DNA of 64,000 nt from an uncultured bacterium. Its GTDB lineage: Bacteria > Verrucomicrobiota > Lentisphaeria > Victivallales > UBA1829. The DNA lies in the NCBI GenBank assembly GCA_902762495.1, contig CACWOL010000005.1:28213-92212 (forward strand), given 5' to 3'. The notes beneath the pieces are model-generated. The model searched no databases. It was not told where the DNA came from and was given only the letters and a program-made list of their open reading frames with translations. Positions 1-7,831 of the stretch are shown piece after piece. Each line of letters opens with the position of its first letter. The stretch's first letter is position 1. A program made the position numbers and the translations under genes.

Positions 1-457
1 CTCGGCATCATCTCCAAAGTCCCGCGCATTGCCGTCATTCAGGCCGAAGGCGCGAACCCGCTCTACACCATGTGGAAGAACCATACCGAGTTCAAGCCCG
101 TCAAGAACCCGGAAACGATCGCCACCGCCATCAAGATCGGCAACCCCGTCTCCTGGCCGAAGAGCATGCGCGCCGTCACCTGGAGCAACGGCGTGGTCGA
201 ACAGGTCACCGAGCAGGAGATCATGGACGCCAAGGCGAAACTCGATGCCGCCGGAATCGCGCGACAGCGGCGTGATCGGTCCCGATGAAAAGGTCGTCGG
301 CATCCTCACCGGAAACATCCTGAAGGACCCGGACGCCGTCGTCGGCTACCACCAGGATACGCTCATGGACCACTACGGCATCCGCGGCACGTTCGCCAAC
401 AAGCCCGTCGTGATCCCCGCCACGCTCGACGCTGTCCGCAAGGCGCTCGGCGACTGA
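1..457 (+). pseudogene. thrC: threonine synthase, 3' portion (5' end off-window), apparently disrupted: frame 1 to frame 2 switch near 256-262 with ~15 conserved residues missing
   Basis: Frame 1 reads LGIISKVPRIAVIQAEGANPLYTMWKNH..ETIATAIKIGNPVSWPKS..EIMDAKAKLDAAGIA, then hits a stop at 286-288. Frame 2 resumes RDSGVIGPDEKVVGILTGNILKDPDAVVGYH..KALGD* (stop 455-457). Both parts look like PLP-dependent ThrC. The xEPxSAxxxAGxxK segment expected between them is absent. Confidence 0.6.
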
Positions 458-515
458 GCTCAGTTCCCCTTTGAACCCTATCCGGCGTCCTGAAACGCGC
501 CGGAATCGTTTCCAT

Positions 516-548
516 AAAAAAGCCCTCCCGTCAGACGGAGGGCTTTTT
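516..548. terminator. bidirectional rho-independent terminator between convergent thrC and the peptidase gene
   Basis: A6 (516-521), stem GCCCTCC (522-528) / GGAGGGC (537-543), T5 (544-548). The stop codon of the minus-strand peptidase gene (531-533) lies in the loop. Confidence 0.7.
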
Positions 549-1130
549 GCTGTCTTCGTTTGTGGCTTTTGGGGCTGGAATTCGGAAGAAAAGACGTTTC
601 GACCAGTGCAGATAGACGGTCTTTCCGGCTGGAGAACGGGCGGCCACGGGGATGCCCGCGAAGCTCCACTGCACCGTGCCGTCGCGAAATCTCGTTTCCG
701 TGTTCGCCGGGAGCCGCAGGAACTTCAACGGCTTGAACGGATGAATCAAGATGGAGGCGAATCGACGGAGTTTCCACCTGCGCTGCTGAAATCGAAACTG
801 CGCCATTCCGGCCTCTCCGCCGGGTATCTGCCGGACAACGCCGTCCAGTCCGCGCGCCTCCGTCACGAGTCTGAACCGGCTGTCGCGCGTCAGTCTCAAA
901 GCGTCCGGGCGGCCGTTGTTGTCGCCCATCGTGACGGCTTCGGTCTCGTTTTTTTCAACGATGCGATGCACATAATACGGTGAACGCTCGAAGATCGCGA
1001 CGATGTCCCCCGTTTGCAGCGCTTCGAAGGCCGTTTCCGCGAGGGCAAGCGTTTCCCCGGGCACGAATGTCCCGTGCATGCTGTCCCCCGTGTAATGCGC
1101 CTCGCGCGGCGTTTCCGGCCCGTTGCCCAT
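531..1130 (-). CDS. S26B (ER/archaeal, SipW/Sec11-type) signal-peptidase-like serine peptidase lacking a membrane anchor
   Basis: 199 aa, ATG at 1130 with GGAGGA upstream. Boxes: TGDSMHGTF (Ser box at residue ~17), TGDIVAIF, YVHRIVE (His box instead of the Lys box of S26A/LexA), TMGDNNGRPD. There is no hydrophobic N-terminal segment. Confidence 0.7.
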   Translation of the reverse strand: MGNGPETPREAHYTGDSMHGTFVPGETLALAETAFEALQTGDIVAIFERSPYYVHRIVEKNETEAVTMGDNNGRPDALRLTRDSRFRLVTEARGLDGVVRQIPGGEAGMAQFRFQQRRWKLRRFASILIHPFKPLKFLRLPANTETRFRDGTVQWSFAGIPVAARSPAGKTVYLHWSKRLFFRIPAPKATNEDSKKPSV

Positions 1131-1136
1131 CGCGGA

Positions 1137-1397
1137 TCAGTCCTCCGACAGCAGGGATCGGCTCCGCAGTTCCTCCAGGAACGCCTTCACGTCCGCGGCG
1201 GCCTTCTCTTCCGTCACGCCGTCGTACTTTTCCAGCAGTCCGGCGGCCATTTCCGCTTCGGTCGCGCCGTCTTTCAGGCGGCTCCACAGATACACGCCGG
1301 TCTTGTTCAACGCGACCGCGCCGTTCGATTCCGGGTTGAACACCAGTCCCGTGCCGTCGAACTGTTCCGCCATCACGGCAAATGGATTCAGTTTCAT
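1137..1397 (-). CDS. PqqD-family protein (RiPP recognition element-like peptide chaperone)
   Basis: 86 aa. FNPESNGAVALNKTGVYLWSRLKDGATEAEMAAGLLEKYDGVTEEKAAADVKAFLEELRSRSLL fits the PqqD pattern. ATGA overlap with the upstream kinase stop (1394-1397). Confidence 0.75.
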   Translation of the reverse strand: MKLNPFAVMAEQFDGTGLVFNPESNGAVALNKTGVYLWSRLKDGATEAEMAAGLLEKYDGVTEEKAAADVKAFLEELRSRSLLSED

Positions 1398-2266
1398 AAG
1401 TTGTCCTCAATGACTTTCTTCAAATCGCCCTCGAGCACGGTCAAAAGCGCCCGCGGGGCGAATCGTTTCGTGATGGTTTCCGCCTGCGTCCGGATGCGGT
1501 CCGTCAGGATCCGCTGTTTCTCTTCCGGCAGTTCCTTCGCGTAGAAAAGATTCCAGTAGAACAGCGACCGGTAGCACTGGGCGAAAAACTGCGCCGGGCT
1601 GAGCGGCACGATCTCGTCGTGCCCGGTTTCGCCGCGGCCAAGCCCCAGCACCCCGGTCAGCGGGAGTTCTTCGCCCGCGGGATAGTTCCATTCGTTTTTT
1701 TCCTCGCGGCAGGCGCTCCAGGTCGGCATCCGGCGTACATGGATTGTTCCGTCCGCACCGCTGAAATCCAGCAGCGCCATGTCGTCCGAAACACATTTTC
1801 CTCCGTTCGCGCGCCAGCGTGCCGAGGCCGTGCTTTTGCCCATTCCGCTTTCGCCGAAGATCAGGATCACGCCGCGGTCCGTTTCCAGCGTCGCGCAATG
1901 CGCCAGCACCGCGTTCTCTCCGCGCAGGATGGCGTTCATCCCGGCATGGATCAGCAGCTTCTGCCATACGCAGCAGCGGTAATAATGCTCCTGCTTCGGC
2001 GGTTTCTTCCAGCCTGCGATCAGCACGCGGCTCCAGTCCGCGGCGTATGCGGTCTCCGTCAACGGCCCAGCCCTCAGCGTGTGCCGGTCTTCCGGCAACC
2101 GGTCCGGCGCGACGAATTCCGCATCCGCGAAACCCGGTCCCGCCTCATCCACATTCAGGCACAACAGCCTGCCCACCCCGTCGAAGGGGATCTCCTCCTC
2201 CGGGCCGTCCGCCTGCATCGCGATGCTTCCGCCGTCATGCAGCCCGATTGTCAGCCGCCGTGCCAT
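1394..2266 (-). CDS. HPr kinase/phosphorylase-related P-loop kinase (catalytic-domain-only type)
   Basis: 290 aa. Has P-loop GESGMGKSTASARW followed by VSDDMALL, as in the HprK C-terminal domain. Starts 3 nt after the ABC gene stop. Confidence 0.65.
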   Translation of the reverse strand: MARRLTIGLHDGGSIAMQADGPEEEIPFDGVGRLLCLNVDEAGPGFADAEFVAPDRLPEDRHTLRAGPLTETAYAADWSRVLIAGWKKPPKQEHYYRCCVWQKLLIHAGMNAILRGENAVLAHCATLETDRGVILIFGESGMGKSTASARWRANGGKCVSDDMALLDFSGADGTIHVRRMPTWSACREEKNEWNYPAGEELPLTGVLGLGRGETGHDEIVPLSPAQFFAQCYRSLFYWNLFYAKELPEEKQRILTDRIRTQAETITKRFAPRALLTVLEGDLKKVIEDNL

Positions 2267-2269
2267 GTC

Positions 2270-3982
2270 TTAAAAACCCCGGGATGCGTCGATTTGCAGG
2301 ACGGGGAAGCCGTCCGTGAGCGGGTGGTGTGTGTGCCGGATCATCAGGACCGTGCGGTCGCGGAAGACGCGCAGAACGGTCTCCAGGAAGTGCGTTTCAT
2401 TGTCGGCGTCAAGGTGCGCCGTGGCTTCGTCGAGCAGCAGGATGCGCGTGCCGCGGAGGAGTTCGCGTGCTAGCGCGAGACGAAGGCGTTCGCCCGCGGA
2501 GAAATTGCGGGCGGATTCGGTCAGCACAGTGTCGAGCCCGTGGGGGAGCGCGCGGACGACGGTGTCGGCCCCGGCGGCGGCGAGCGCATCGAAAATGACG
2601 TCGTCGGAGGGCGTTTCGCGGCATCCGAGCGTAAGGTTGACGCGGAGCGCGGAGGGGATGAACTCGGGGAAGGGGCCGAGATATCCGATCTGGCGGCGGA
2701 GCGCGCGGACGTTGTAGTCGTCGAGGGGGCGGCCGTCGAGGAGGATCGCGCCGGAAACGGGCTTGTAGAATCCGAGGAGGAGTGCGAAGAGGGTGCTTTT
2801 GCCGGAGCCGGACGGGCCGGAGACCAGGAGCTTCGCCCCGGGTTCGAGCGAGAGGTCGATGCCGTCCAGCACGGTACGGCCGGGGTGGTACGCGAACGTG
2901 AGGCCGCGCAGTTCGACCGCGCCTTCCAGTTCGAAATCCCCGACGCCGGAGTCGAGACGGGGTTCGCGCGTGGCGTCCTGGAGCTCGATAAGGCGGGCGG
3001 CGGAGGCGAGCGCGGATTGGGCGAGGGGGAATGCGCCGCAGAGCTGGCTGACGGGATGGAAGACGTTCATGAGGTAGCAGTTCAGCGCCCAGAGCGAACC
3101 GAGCGACCACTGTCCCTTCAGAATGAGGTGGATGCCGACGGCGGCGAGGACGCCTTGGCAGACGAGCGGGATGAGGTTGGTGAGGAAGAGGAAGGTGTTG
3201 GCCAGCCGGACGGCGCGCAGGCGGAACAGCGTTTCGCGGGCGAATCCGGTGCGGATGGCTCCGCCCACGCGGTCCTCGGCGGCGCTGGTCTTGACGAGGT
3301 CGATGCTGCCGAGCGAGGAGGCCAGCATGCGCTGGTTGCGGGCGTTGAGCTCGCTGATCTCGCGGGAGACGGCGTAGTGCTGTCCGCGGAACCGCCAGAG
3401 CAGGAAGGCGTAGCAGGGGAACACGAGGAGGACGGCGAGGCCCGTGCGCGGACTGAGGAGGAAGAGGAAGACGAGGCCGCCCGCGACTTTCAGGATGTTC
3501 GCGAGCACGGTGAAGAGGGTATTGGAGAAGAATATCTGGAGCTGGGTCACGTCGTTGGCGAGGCGTCCGGAGAGATAGCCGCCGCCGAGCTGGTCGAGCA
3601 GTCCGGGCGGCAGGTCGAGCAGACGGTCCGTGATGCTCGATTTGAGGCGGAACATGACCTTGTGGACCGTGGAGTTCACGATGCGCTGGCGGAGCAGCGC
3701 CTCCGAGCGGATCAGCAGCATCAGCAGCCCTGCAGCGACGAACAGATACCAGATGCCGTCGGATTCGCGCCCGGTCAGGGCGTTGATGAGGCGTTTCTGG
3801 ATGATCGGAAGCAAGTATCCCGCAGCCGTGATGAGCAGAACGCCGAGGAATACTCCCGCGTACACCCAGCGCCAGGGACGGACCGCATGCAGGAAGAAGC
3901 GCGCAAACGCCCGGAACGACGGGGCGGGCGCGTCTTTGTTGAAGAGGCTGGACTGTGCCTGATTTTGGTCTGTCTGCTGCAT
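2270..3982 (-). CDS. ABC exporter, fused permease/ATPase (no C39 peptidase domain)
   Basis: The ORF-track start 4072 is a TTG inside the promoter -35; the first ATG is at 3982 (MQQTDQNQ..), giving 570 aa. Multi-TM N-half, then Walker A GPSGSGKST, signature FSAGERLRLALAR, Walker B ILLLDEAT. Confidence 0.85.
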   Translation of the reverse strand: MQQTDQNQAQSSLFNKDAPAPSFRAFARFFLHAVRPWRWVYAGVFLGVLLITAAGYLLPIIQKRLINALTGRESDGIWYLFVAAGLLMLLIRSEALLRQRIVNSTVHKVMFRLKSSITDRLLDLPPGLLDQLGGGYLSGRLANDVTQLQIFFSNTLFTVLANILKVAGGLVFLFLLSPRTGLAVLLVFPCYAFLLWRFRGQHYAVSREISELNARNQRMLASSLGSIDLVKTSAAEDRVGGAIRTGFARETLFRLRAVRLANTFLFLTNLIPLVCQGVLAAVGIHLILKGQWSLGSLWALNCYLMNVFHPVSQLCGAFPLAQSALASAARLIELQDATREPRLDSGVGDFELEGAVELRGLTFAYHPGRTVLDGIDLSLEPGAKLLVSGPSGSGKSTLFALLLGFYKPVSGAILLDGRPLDDYNVRALRRQIGYLGPFPEFIPSALRVNLTLGCRETPSDDVIFDALAAAGADTVVRALPHGLDTVLTESARNFSAGERLRLALARELLRGTRILLLDEATAHLDADNETHFLETVLRVFRDRTVLMIRHTHHPLTDGFPVLQIDASRGF

Positions 3983-4043
3983 GGGGCGTGAATGGGGGAT
4001 GAATTGCGGGGAATCCTGACGGAAAAATGAAATGTCGGACAAT

Positions 4044-4072
4044 AATCTAACACGGACAGCGTGGAATGTCAA
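4044..4072 (-). promoter_or_regulatory. sigma70-type promoter for the ABC/kinase/PqqD/peptidase operon
   Basis: Minus strand reads TTGACA (4072-4067), 17-nt spacer, TAGATT (4049-4044), about 60 nt upstream of the ATG at 3982. Confidence 0.5.
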
Positions 4073-4151
4073 GTGCGATTCCCGATGGAAAAGGCCCGTG
4101 GAACGGCGTTCCGATGTTCATTCTATGAAACAAATGTAAGCTAAAATGAGC

Positions 4152-5570
4152 TCAGGCGTAGACGGCGAGCGGGAACGATTTCGCGGCGAGCGCGCGGGCT
4201 TCTGCGGCGTTTTTCAGGTCGCCGCATGCGATCATCTGGCCGAGGATGTTGCCGATGGCGGTCGCTTCGGTCGGTCCGGCAAGCACGCGGCGTCCGGTCG
4301 TCCGTGCAACCAGCCGCATGAAGAACCTGTCGCGTGTGCCGCCGCCGAGGATGTTGAGCGTGTCGAACTTCCTGCCCGTGATGGTTTCGAGCTGATCGAT
4401 GCGTTTCTTGAAGCAGTCGGCGAGCGAATCGTAGATGCAGCGGACCAGCGCGGCGTCGCTCGGGATCTCGCCCTGGCCGTGCTCTGCGCAGTAACGCCGG
4501 ACGCGTTCGGGCATGTCGCCCGGCGGGAAGAACGCCGTGTCGTCCGGGTCGATGCGGAACGGCTGTCCGTCGAGCGGGGCGGCCATCGCCTCCATGTCCG
4601 CGAACGAAATGTCCTTGCCCTGTTCGGTCCACGTGCGGCGGGTCTCCTGAAGCAGCCATGTGCCCATGATGTTGCAGAGGAACCGGAACGTGTCCTCCAC
4701 GCCGCGTTCGTTCGTGAAATGGCTGTCCAGCGCCTCCGGCGTGAGGATGGCGGAATGGAGTTCCGCGCCGAGCAGTGCCCACGTGCCGAGGCTGATGTAC
4801 AGCGCCTTCTCCGGGTCGGCGCACGGCATGGCGAGCACGGCGCTCGCGGTGTCGTGCGAAGCGCATTTTACGGCGGGGATGCGCGGGATGCCGAGGCGCG
4901 CCGCCGTCTCCGGTTTCAGGCAGCCCGCGGGCGATGCTGGCGGCACGAGCTGAGTAAAGAGCCTGGCGGGAAGTCCGGCGAACTTGGTTAGTGCTTCCAT
5001 GTCCCATTCCGGCGAACTTGCTTTCAGCAGTGCGCCCGTGCTTGCGATGGTGACTTCGCTGGTCGCCGTGCCCGTGAGCATGAAGTGAAGTGCGTCCGGC
5101 ATGAGGAGCATGGTGGAACCGTTCAGTGCCGCCGGATCGTCGCGCAGCTCGGCGCAGAGCTGGTAGATCGTGTTGAAAACGAGCGGCTGGATGCCGTTTC
5201 GGGCGTAGAAATCCGCCTTGGATATCTTCTTGTGGAAATCCTCGATCGCGGCCTCGGTCCGTCCGTCGCGGTAGCAGTACGGATCGTGAATCAGTTCCCC
5301 GTTGCGGAACAGCGCGTAATCGACACCCCAGGTATCAATCGAAAAACTTGCGAGATCGGGTGTAATTCCGGCGGCTTTCTTCAGCCCGGTTTCGAGCTCG
5401 CCGAGAAGCGCGCGGAAATCCCAGAAATAATGCCCGTCCTTTTCGTACGGATAGTTCTTGAAACGGTGGATTTCCTCAAGCTCAAGCCGTCCGTTCCGCA
5501 CAGTCCCGAGGATGGCGCGTCCGCTGCTCGCGCCGAGGTCAAACGCCAGATAATATCTGTTCTGTTCCAT
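4152..5570 (-). CDS. rhaB: rhamnulokinase
   Basis: 472 aa from ATG 5570. The 735-aa track ORF is an upstream extension overlapping rhaA out of frame. FGGY-kinase N-terminus YYLAFDLGASSGRAILG and SIDTWGVDYALF, with RhaB-like overall pattern. Confidence 0.85.
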   Translation of the reverse strand: MEQNRYYLAFDLGASSGRAILGTVRNGRLELEEIHRFKNYPYEKDGHYFWDFRALLGELETGLKKAAGITPDLASFSIDTWGVDYALFRNGELIHDPYCYRDGRTEAAIEDFHKKISKADFYARNGIQPLVFNTIYQLCAELRDDPAALNGSTMLLMPDALHFMLTGTATSEVTIASTGALLKASSPEWDMEALTKFAGLPARLFTQLVPPASPAGCLKPETAARLGIPRIPAVKCASHDTASAVLAMPCADPEKALYISLGTWALLGAELHSAILTPEALDSHFTNERGVEDTFRFLCNIMGTWLLQETRRTWTEQGKDISFADMEAMAAPLDGQPFRIDPDDTAFFPPGDMPERVRRYCAEHGQGEIPSDAALVRCIYDSLADCFKKRIDQLETITGRKFDTLNILGGGTRDRFFMRLVARTTGRRVLAGPTEATAIGNILGQMIACGDLKNAAEARALAAKSFPLAVYA

Positions 5571-5593
5571 GTCGTTTGCGTCCTTTTCCGTTG

Positions 5594-6856
5594 TTACGCA
5601 CGTTTCGAGGTCACGCCCTGCTCGTAGTCGCGCACGGCGTCCAGCACGCCGGCTGCCTCCGCCGGCACCTCGTTTTTCAGGCAGAACCAGGCGTAGACCG
5701 CCTCCCACGGCATCGACTTGATCTCCTCGCTCAGGATGAGGCGTCCGGTGTAGTCTCCGGCTGCCTCCATCCGCTTCAGTGCGGGCGGTTCGAGCAGGGC
5801 GCGGCACAGGGCTTTCTGCATGGCGCGCGTGCCGACGGCCCAGGCGGCGACGCGGTTGACCGTGGCGTCGAAATAATCCAGCGCGATGTTCACGCGTTCG
5901 CGGCCGCAGCGGACGATCTCGTTCGCGATCGTCTGGAGCTCGTCGTCCAGGATCACCACGTGGTCGCTGTCCCAGCGCACGGGACGGCTCACATGGAGCA
6001 GGATTTCGTCGAGGTAGAGCAGCACGGAGCTGATCTTGTCGCTGATCGCCTCGGTGGGGTGGAAATGCCCGGAATCGAGCGTGAGCATCACGTTGTTCTT
6101 CACGGCGTAGCCGAGGTAGAACTCGTGCGAGCCGACCGTGCAGCTCTCCAGGCCGATGCCGAACAGTTTGCTCTCCACGGCGTCGCGCATCAGTGCCGGG
6201 TCCATGGGCACGGACAGGATCTCGTCGAGCGATTCCTTCAGCAGGCGGCGCGCGGTCATGCGGTCCGCGGGGATGTCCTTGAACCCGTCCGGGATCCAGA
6301 TGTTCATGAGCGAGCGTTTGCCGAGGGCATGCCCGAACTCCGCCGCGATCCTGCGGCACGCCTGCACGTGGCGGATCCAGTACGCGCGCACGGCGTCGTC
6401 ACGGCTCGACAGCGTGAACCCGGAGGCGGCGTTCGGATGCGAGAAGCACGTGGGGTTGAAGTCGAGCGCGATGCCGCGTTCCTTCGCCCATGCGATCCAC
6501 GAACTGAAATGCTCCGGCGCGAGCTCGGCACGGTCCACGAACCCGTCCGTCTCCGCATAGATCGCATGCAGGTTCACGCGTTTCGTGCCGGGGATCATCG
6601 ACATGGCCTGATCCAGGTCCTGGCGCAGTTCGGCGGCATTGCGGGCGCGGCCGGGGTAATTTCCGGTCGTGAGGATGCCGCCTGACGCTCCGCTCGCGTC
6701 GTGCTCGAATCCGACCACGTCGTCGCCTTGCCAGCAGTGGATTGAGATCGGGATCTCCTGAAGTGCGCTGAGCACGGCTTCCGCGTCGACGCCGAGCTCT
6801 CCGTAATAATCCTTTGCGATTCTCCATGCGTTTTCGATGTGGGCGGTATTGTTCAT
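5594..6856 (-). CDS. rhaA: L-rhamnose isomerase
   Basis: 420 aa from ATG 6856, preceded by GGAGG. Motifs IHCWQGDDVVGFE and LDSGHFHPTE; the length matches RhaA. Confidence 0.9.
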   Translation of the reverse strand: MNNTAHIENAWRIAKDYYGELGVDAEAVLSALQEIPISIHCWQGDDVVGFEHDASGASGGILTTGNYPGRARNAAELRQDLDQAMSMIPGTKRVNLHAIYAETDGFVDRAELAPEHFSSWIAWAKERGIALDFNPTCFSHPNAASGFTLSSRDDAVRAYWIRHVQACRRIAAEFGHALGKRSLMNIWIPDGFKDIPADRMTARRLLKESLDEILSVPMDPALMRDAVESKLFGIGLESCTVGSHEFYLGYAVKNNVMLTLDSGHFHPTEAISDKISSVLLYLDEILLHVSRPVRWDSDHVVILDDELQTIANEIVRCGRERVNIALDYFDATVNRVAAWAVGTRAMQKALCRALLEPPALKRMEAAGDYTGRLILSEEIKSMPWEAVYAWFCLKNEVPAEAAGVLDAVRDYEQGVTSKRA

Positions 6857-7090
6857 AAGGGGCCTCCGTTCGGGGTGAAGCCGTCCCGAAAATGAGCTTG
6901 TGTCGGGGCGGCGTGTTTTTTTTGACGTTTTCGCCAATATTCTATCACCTGAAATGGATGTTTTCAAGTGTCTTTTCGGCTTATTTCCCCGTTTTTTCCG
7001 CGTCCGCCTTGATTTTTTCTTTTTTTCGAGTATTTTATTTTACCTTTCGGAGCGTTTCCGATTTGAATCAATATGGAACGCAATCCGTGC

Positions 7091-7178
7091 GGAGAGATGG
7101 TCGAGTGGTTTAAGGCATCGGTCTTGAAAACCGACGAGGGGCAACCCTCCGGGGGTTCGAATCCCCCTCTCTCCGCCA
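7091..7178 (+). tRNA. tRNA-Ser (anticodon UGA), CCA encoded
   Basis: Acceptor GGAGAGA/TCTCTCC, anticodon loop CTTGAAA, long variable arm CGAGGGGCAACCCTCCG, T arm GGGGG-TTCGAAT-CCCCC, discriminator G then CCA. Confidence 0.9.
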
Positions 7179-7261
7179 TTTTTATGCTCAAATTCCGGGA
7201 TTCTTCCCCGTTTCCTCCTCATTTCCACGGTTTGTTATCCCCTTCCTTCCGCCTCAAAGGC

Positions 7262-7291
7262 AAAAAAAAGACGCCCCGTTGCCGGGGCGTC
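7262..7291 (-). terminator. rho-independent terminator of the small basic protein gene
   Basis: Stem GACGCCCCG (7270-7278) / CGGGGCGTC (7283-7291) with a 4-nt loop. On the minus strand it is followed by T8 (7269-7262). Confidence 0.8.
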
Positions 7292-7311
7292 CCGCAAAAA
7301 GGAATCATGGA

Positions 7312-7494
7312 TTATTTTTTGAACTTGTCCCAATCTTCCTTCTTGACGAAAGCGGTCAGAGAACGACCATCTTTCGTTTCAGCCTTGAAGGCGTAGCGGG
7401 TGCGGGTGCCTTTGCCGAATTTGACCGCTTTGGTGACTTCGGCTTGGACTTTCTTCTTCATCTTGACGTCGTAGAAATTGTGTTTCATGGACAC
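7312..7494 (-). CDS. small lysine-rich basic protein, unknown function (possibly nucleic-acid binding)
   Basis: 60 aa with 15 Lys and 3 Arg. GGAGGA RBS, near-consensus promoter and strong terminator. No family recognised by eye. Confidence 0.6.
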   Translation of the reverse strand: MSMKHNFYDVKMKKKVQAEVTKAVKFGKGTRTRYAFKAETKDGRSLTAFVKKEDWDKFKK

Positions 7495-7517
7495 TCCTCC
7501 AGGTTAAGGGTTAGCCA

Positions 7518-7546
7518 AATATAGCCCCACAGTTGAGCATTGTCAA
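7518..7546 (-). promoter_or_regulatory. near-consensus sigma70-type promoter
   Basis: Minus strand TTGACA (7546-7541), 17 nt, TATATT (7523-7518). An A/T-rich UP-like tract lies upstream (7551-7585). Confidence 0.6.
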
Positions 7547-7831
7547 GCGGAAAAACGAAAAAAATGCGATTTTCTTTAAAAAAACTTGATTTTCGCGGAA
7601 AAATGGCGTATTTTCAATGGTTTTTCGAGTTTTGAGACAAAGAACGACGAGCCGGTTTCGGGAGAAGATCTTTCAGCGACGACAAAAAAAGACGCCGAGC
7701 AAAGAAAAATAGAACGTATGAAAATCTTTTATATAAGCTGTGTCGAGCTCAGGCAAAGCTGATTTGAGTTTGATCCGGATAATCCGGGTCCAATATGAGC
7801 CGGATCATGACATGGTTGAGCAGAAACCGCC

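Noticed and set aside
4047-4121. 24-aa minus-strand ORF (MNIGTPFHGPFPSGIALDIPRCPC) just upstream of the ABC/kinase/PqqD/peptidase operon, considered as a possible RiPP precursor
   Set aside because: It has no Shine-Dalgarno sequence. It overlaps the predicted -35/-10 of the operon promoter, so it would not be on the operon transcript. It has no leader/core features I can defend. It is worth a glance only if conserved in homologous loci.
5571-6359. N-terminal 263 codons of the 735-aa track ORF 4152-6359
   Set aside because: This part overlaps rhaA in another frame and is R/P/G-rich. The RhaB homology starts at the ATG at 5570 (MEQNRYYLAFDLGASSGR).
7091-7178. tRNA-Ser as an integration hotspot for a genomic island or prophage
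   Set aside because: There is no integrase, no direct repeat of the tRNA 3' end and no phage or transposase gene anywhere in the window. The flanking genes are ordinary.
7586-7830. Plus-strand promoter-like element (TTGATT-17-TATTTT, 7586-7614) with ~200 nt of AT-rich sequence and a small hairpin (CCGGA-TAA-TCCGG, about 7783-7795), considered as an sRNA gene
   Set aside because: It has no terminator and no recognisable RNA family. AT-rich divergent or UP-element regions generate such hexamers by chance. It cannot be supported without transcript data.
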